This document shows, piece after piece, positions 36,851-38,842 of a stretch of DNA of 38,842 nucleotides (position 1 is the stretch's first letter; each line of letters opens with the position of its first letter). Under the pieces are notes generated by a model. The model saw only the letters and a program-made list of their open reading frames with translations, had not been told where the DNA came from and did not search any database. The stretch lies in assembly GCF_001194135.2 (NCBI RefSeq), contig NC_068985.1, forward strand, positions 109,198,886 to 109,237,727. Reading direction: 5' to 3'. A program made the translations under genes and the position numbers. Source of the stretch: Octopus bimaculoides. Lineage: Eukaryota.

Positions 36851-37116
36851 GTATATTCTCCCATATATATATATATGTATGTATGTATGTGTGTGCATAC
36901 ATTTGTGTGTCTGCGCTTGTCCTCCCACCCAACATCGCTTGACAACCGATGCTGCTGTGTTTACGTCCCCGTAACTTAGCGGTTCGGCTAAAGTGACCGA
37001 TAGAATAAGTACTTGGCTTACAAAGAATAAGTCCTGGGGTCGATTTGCTCGACTAAAAGGCGATGCTCCAGCATGGTCACAGTCGAATGACTGAAAGAAG
37101 TAAAAAGAAACAAAGA
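36651..37116 (+). mobile_element. Composite SINE family A: tRNA-like head + internal (TA)n/(TG)n + conserved tail
   Basis: Head GGCGTAGGGGGTGGCAGTGTGGTAAG..CCGGGTTCAGTCCC..GGAAACTGAAAGA..CGTCGTA (36651-36800), microsatellite, then tail CCCAACATCGCTTGACAACCGATG..GACTGAAAGAAGTAAAAAG (36905-37116). Same layout as three other copies in the window. Confidence 0.85.
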
Positions 37117-37493
37117 GTATATGTATGTGTACATGCACGCATAGACAAACACACAAACACACACATTCACACAGACATATTATAATGTATTATACTGTAT
37201 CAAACATACATGCCTACATATACATATACATATATATATATATATATATTTATGTATGTAAAGAAATATATTGAACAATGTAAGTACACATTTTAAGTAA
37301 TATCTATTATATGCTGTACAATATGTATTGTATCTGTTCGTCATTAACAGAAGTTTAACTACCAGTTAATGTAGGTCTTTATTTATCATAAAATATTATG
37401 GAAATTGTTGTGTATAATGCACTTATTAGGTGTGCGTGAATTAATGCAATGTGGACAGAATTATACCAACAACTATTATTAATACTGCATGCA

Positions 37494-37559
<66 letters not shown>

Positions 37560-38497
37560 TTAAACTCATGCATATACATATAAACGAGCATACAAATATA
37601 TGTGTGTGTGTGTGTGTACGTATACATATGTGTATATATATATATGTATAAACAATAATTATGTAAATCCATGTGTGTATCGATATGTGTTTGCATGTGT
37701 ATGCCTATAATTCTATGCTTATATGCACTGATGCACTATATTTATTTCCTCTATTATATGTAATTGCCGATTTAAAAAATTATTACTTTTCCAGATCAAT
37801 GCATACATGGAAATTAACAAATTATATTTCCTTTTTATTACACAAAACAATTAAGTGCCCTATATTCTTGAATTGGCGCTTTTAAATGAAAATCAGTTGA
37901 AGAAATGAAAATTAATTTAATGTAAATATGTCGGTAAATATGCATAATGGAAACAATTACATATTTTTCTTTGAAAATTACTCCATTAAAATTGGTAAGA
38001 GTCTTGTTACTACACATGTGTTTATGTTCCATTTCACGTAACATTACTTAATGGTTTCCTGGTTTTATCTGATTTATTTTGCATTATTGTACACACGCAG
38101 CCAAATTGCAAATACATACTGGCATTAGGAATTCCAATTTACCAGATATGCATATATTGATGTCTGTGTGTGTTATTAAGATTTAATGCGAGTATGTAGG
38201 TGCAATGCAGTTGTGCGCATACAATGCAAAAGCTCGTTAAGCCATATTAAAGAGTATGCGTGCGTGTGTGCGTGTGTGCGTGTGTGTGTGCGTGCGTGTG
38301 TGTGTGTGCATGTGTGTGTGTCTGTGTGTGTGTGTCTGTGTCTGTGTGTACGTGTGTGTGTGCGTAATCTACGGTGAGTTCTCATATATTGGCCGACATT
38401 GACTTTTCAAAAGATTTGAGATGCCTGCATCTTCGAAGAAAACAGTTGTTATCATTAGTAAATAGTTACTGGTGGCTGGTGTAGTTATGTACACATG

Positions 38498-38514
38498 TCT
38501 ATCTATCTACTTAC

Positions 38515-38576
<62 letters not shown>

Positions 38577-38596
38577 GTCTATCTATCTATTTATCT
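38498..38596. repeat. (CTAT)n / GATA-type tetranucleotide microsatellite
   Basis: Directly visible; a second (GATA)n tract lies at about 4001-4043. Confidence 0.97.
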
Positions 38597-38597
38597 G

Positions 38598-38842
38598 CCT
38601 CCTTCCTTTAAACGGGAAGGAAGAGCTATTTTCATCGTACTTGTGGCTATGGCGAAAGAATGTGTATGGTGGACGCGTCTGAAAGGTCTAGAGACAAAGA
38701 CTTTCCTCTCTGGGCAATCTCTCATCAACTTCTTCAAGTATCACCTGAAGAGGAAGTTGAGAGTAGAAAGGGAAGTCTTGTCTAGTGAATGCTTCAAAAA
38801 AAGATGGGTGAATGTAGCAAGGATGGCACGTGTGAACGACGG
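38598..38842 (+). mobile_element. 5'-truncated L1/Tx1-like LINE, ORF2 C-terminal end (continues past window edge)
   Basis: Stop-free frame PPSFKREGRAIFIVLVAMAKECVWWTRLKGLETKTFLSGQSLINFFKYHLKRKLRVEREVLSSECFKKRWVNVARMARVND, with the ..AKE.VW..R.. and F..RW pattern of Tx1-clade ORF2 tails; starts directly after a (CTAT)n tract. Confidence 0.65.

Overview
AT-rich, microsatellite-dense eukaryotic DNA with seven N-gaps, almost certainly from an octopus (inferred from the S-crystallin sequences and repeat types). The only host protein-coding content I can support is two tandem minus-strand S-crystallin genes (sigma-GST-derived lens proteins). Copy A is complete: 6 coding exons, 34884->26050, 215 aa, all GT-AG introns, about 11% Met. 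Copy B shows only exons 1-2 (4396->1225) and runs off the left edge. The rest is a graveyard of mobile elements: several tRNA-headed SINE families, three decayed R4/Dong-type LINE fragments, a Chapaev-like and two Tc1/mariner-like transposase remnants, a Tx1/L1-like 3' end, a 5S rRNA-like copy inside S-crystallin intron 1, and a 1.2 kb block of foldback and interleaved inverted repeats carrying hammerhead-like and tRNA-like motifs. Almost all ORFs in the supplied track are microsatellite read-through. I do not see a convincing wholly new multi-gene system. The best leads for something undescribed are a compact pseudoknot-capable GC-rich RNA motif in intron 3 (29545-29711), the hammerhead-like foldback block (12963-14156), and the in-frame skippable 30-nt loop micro-exon.
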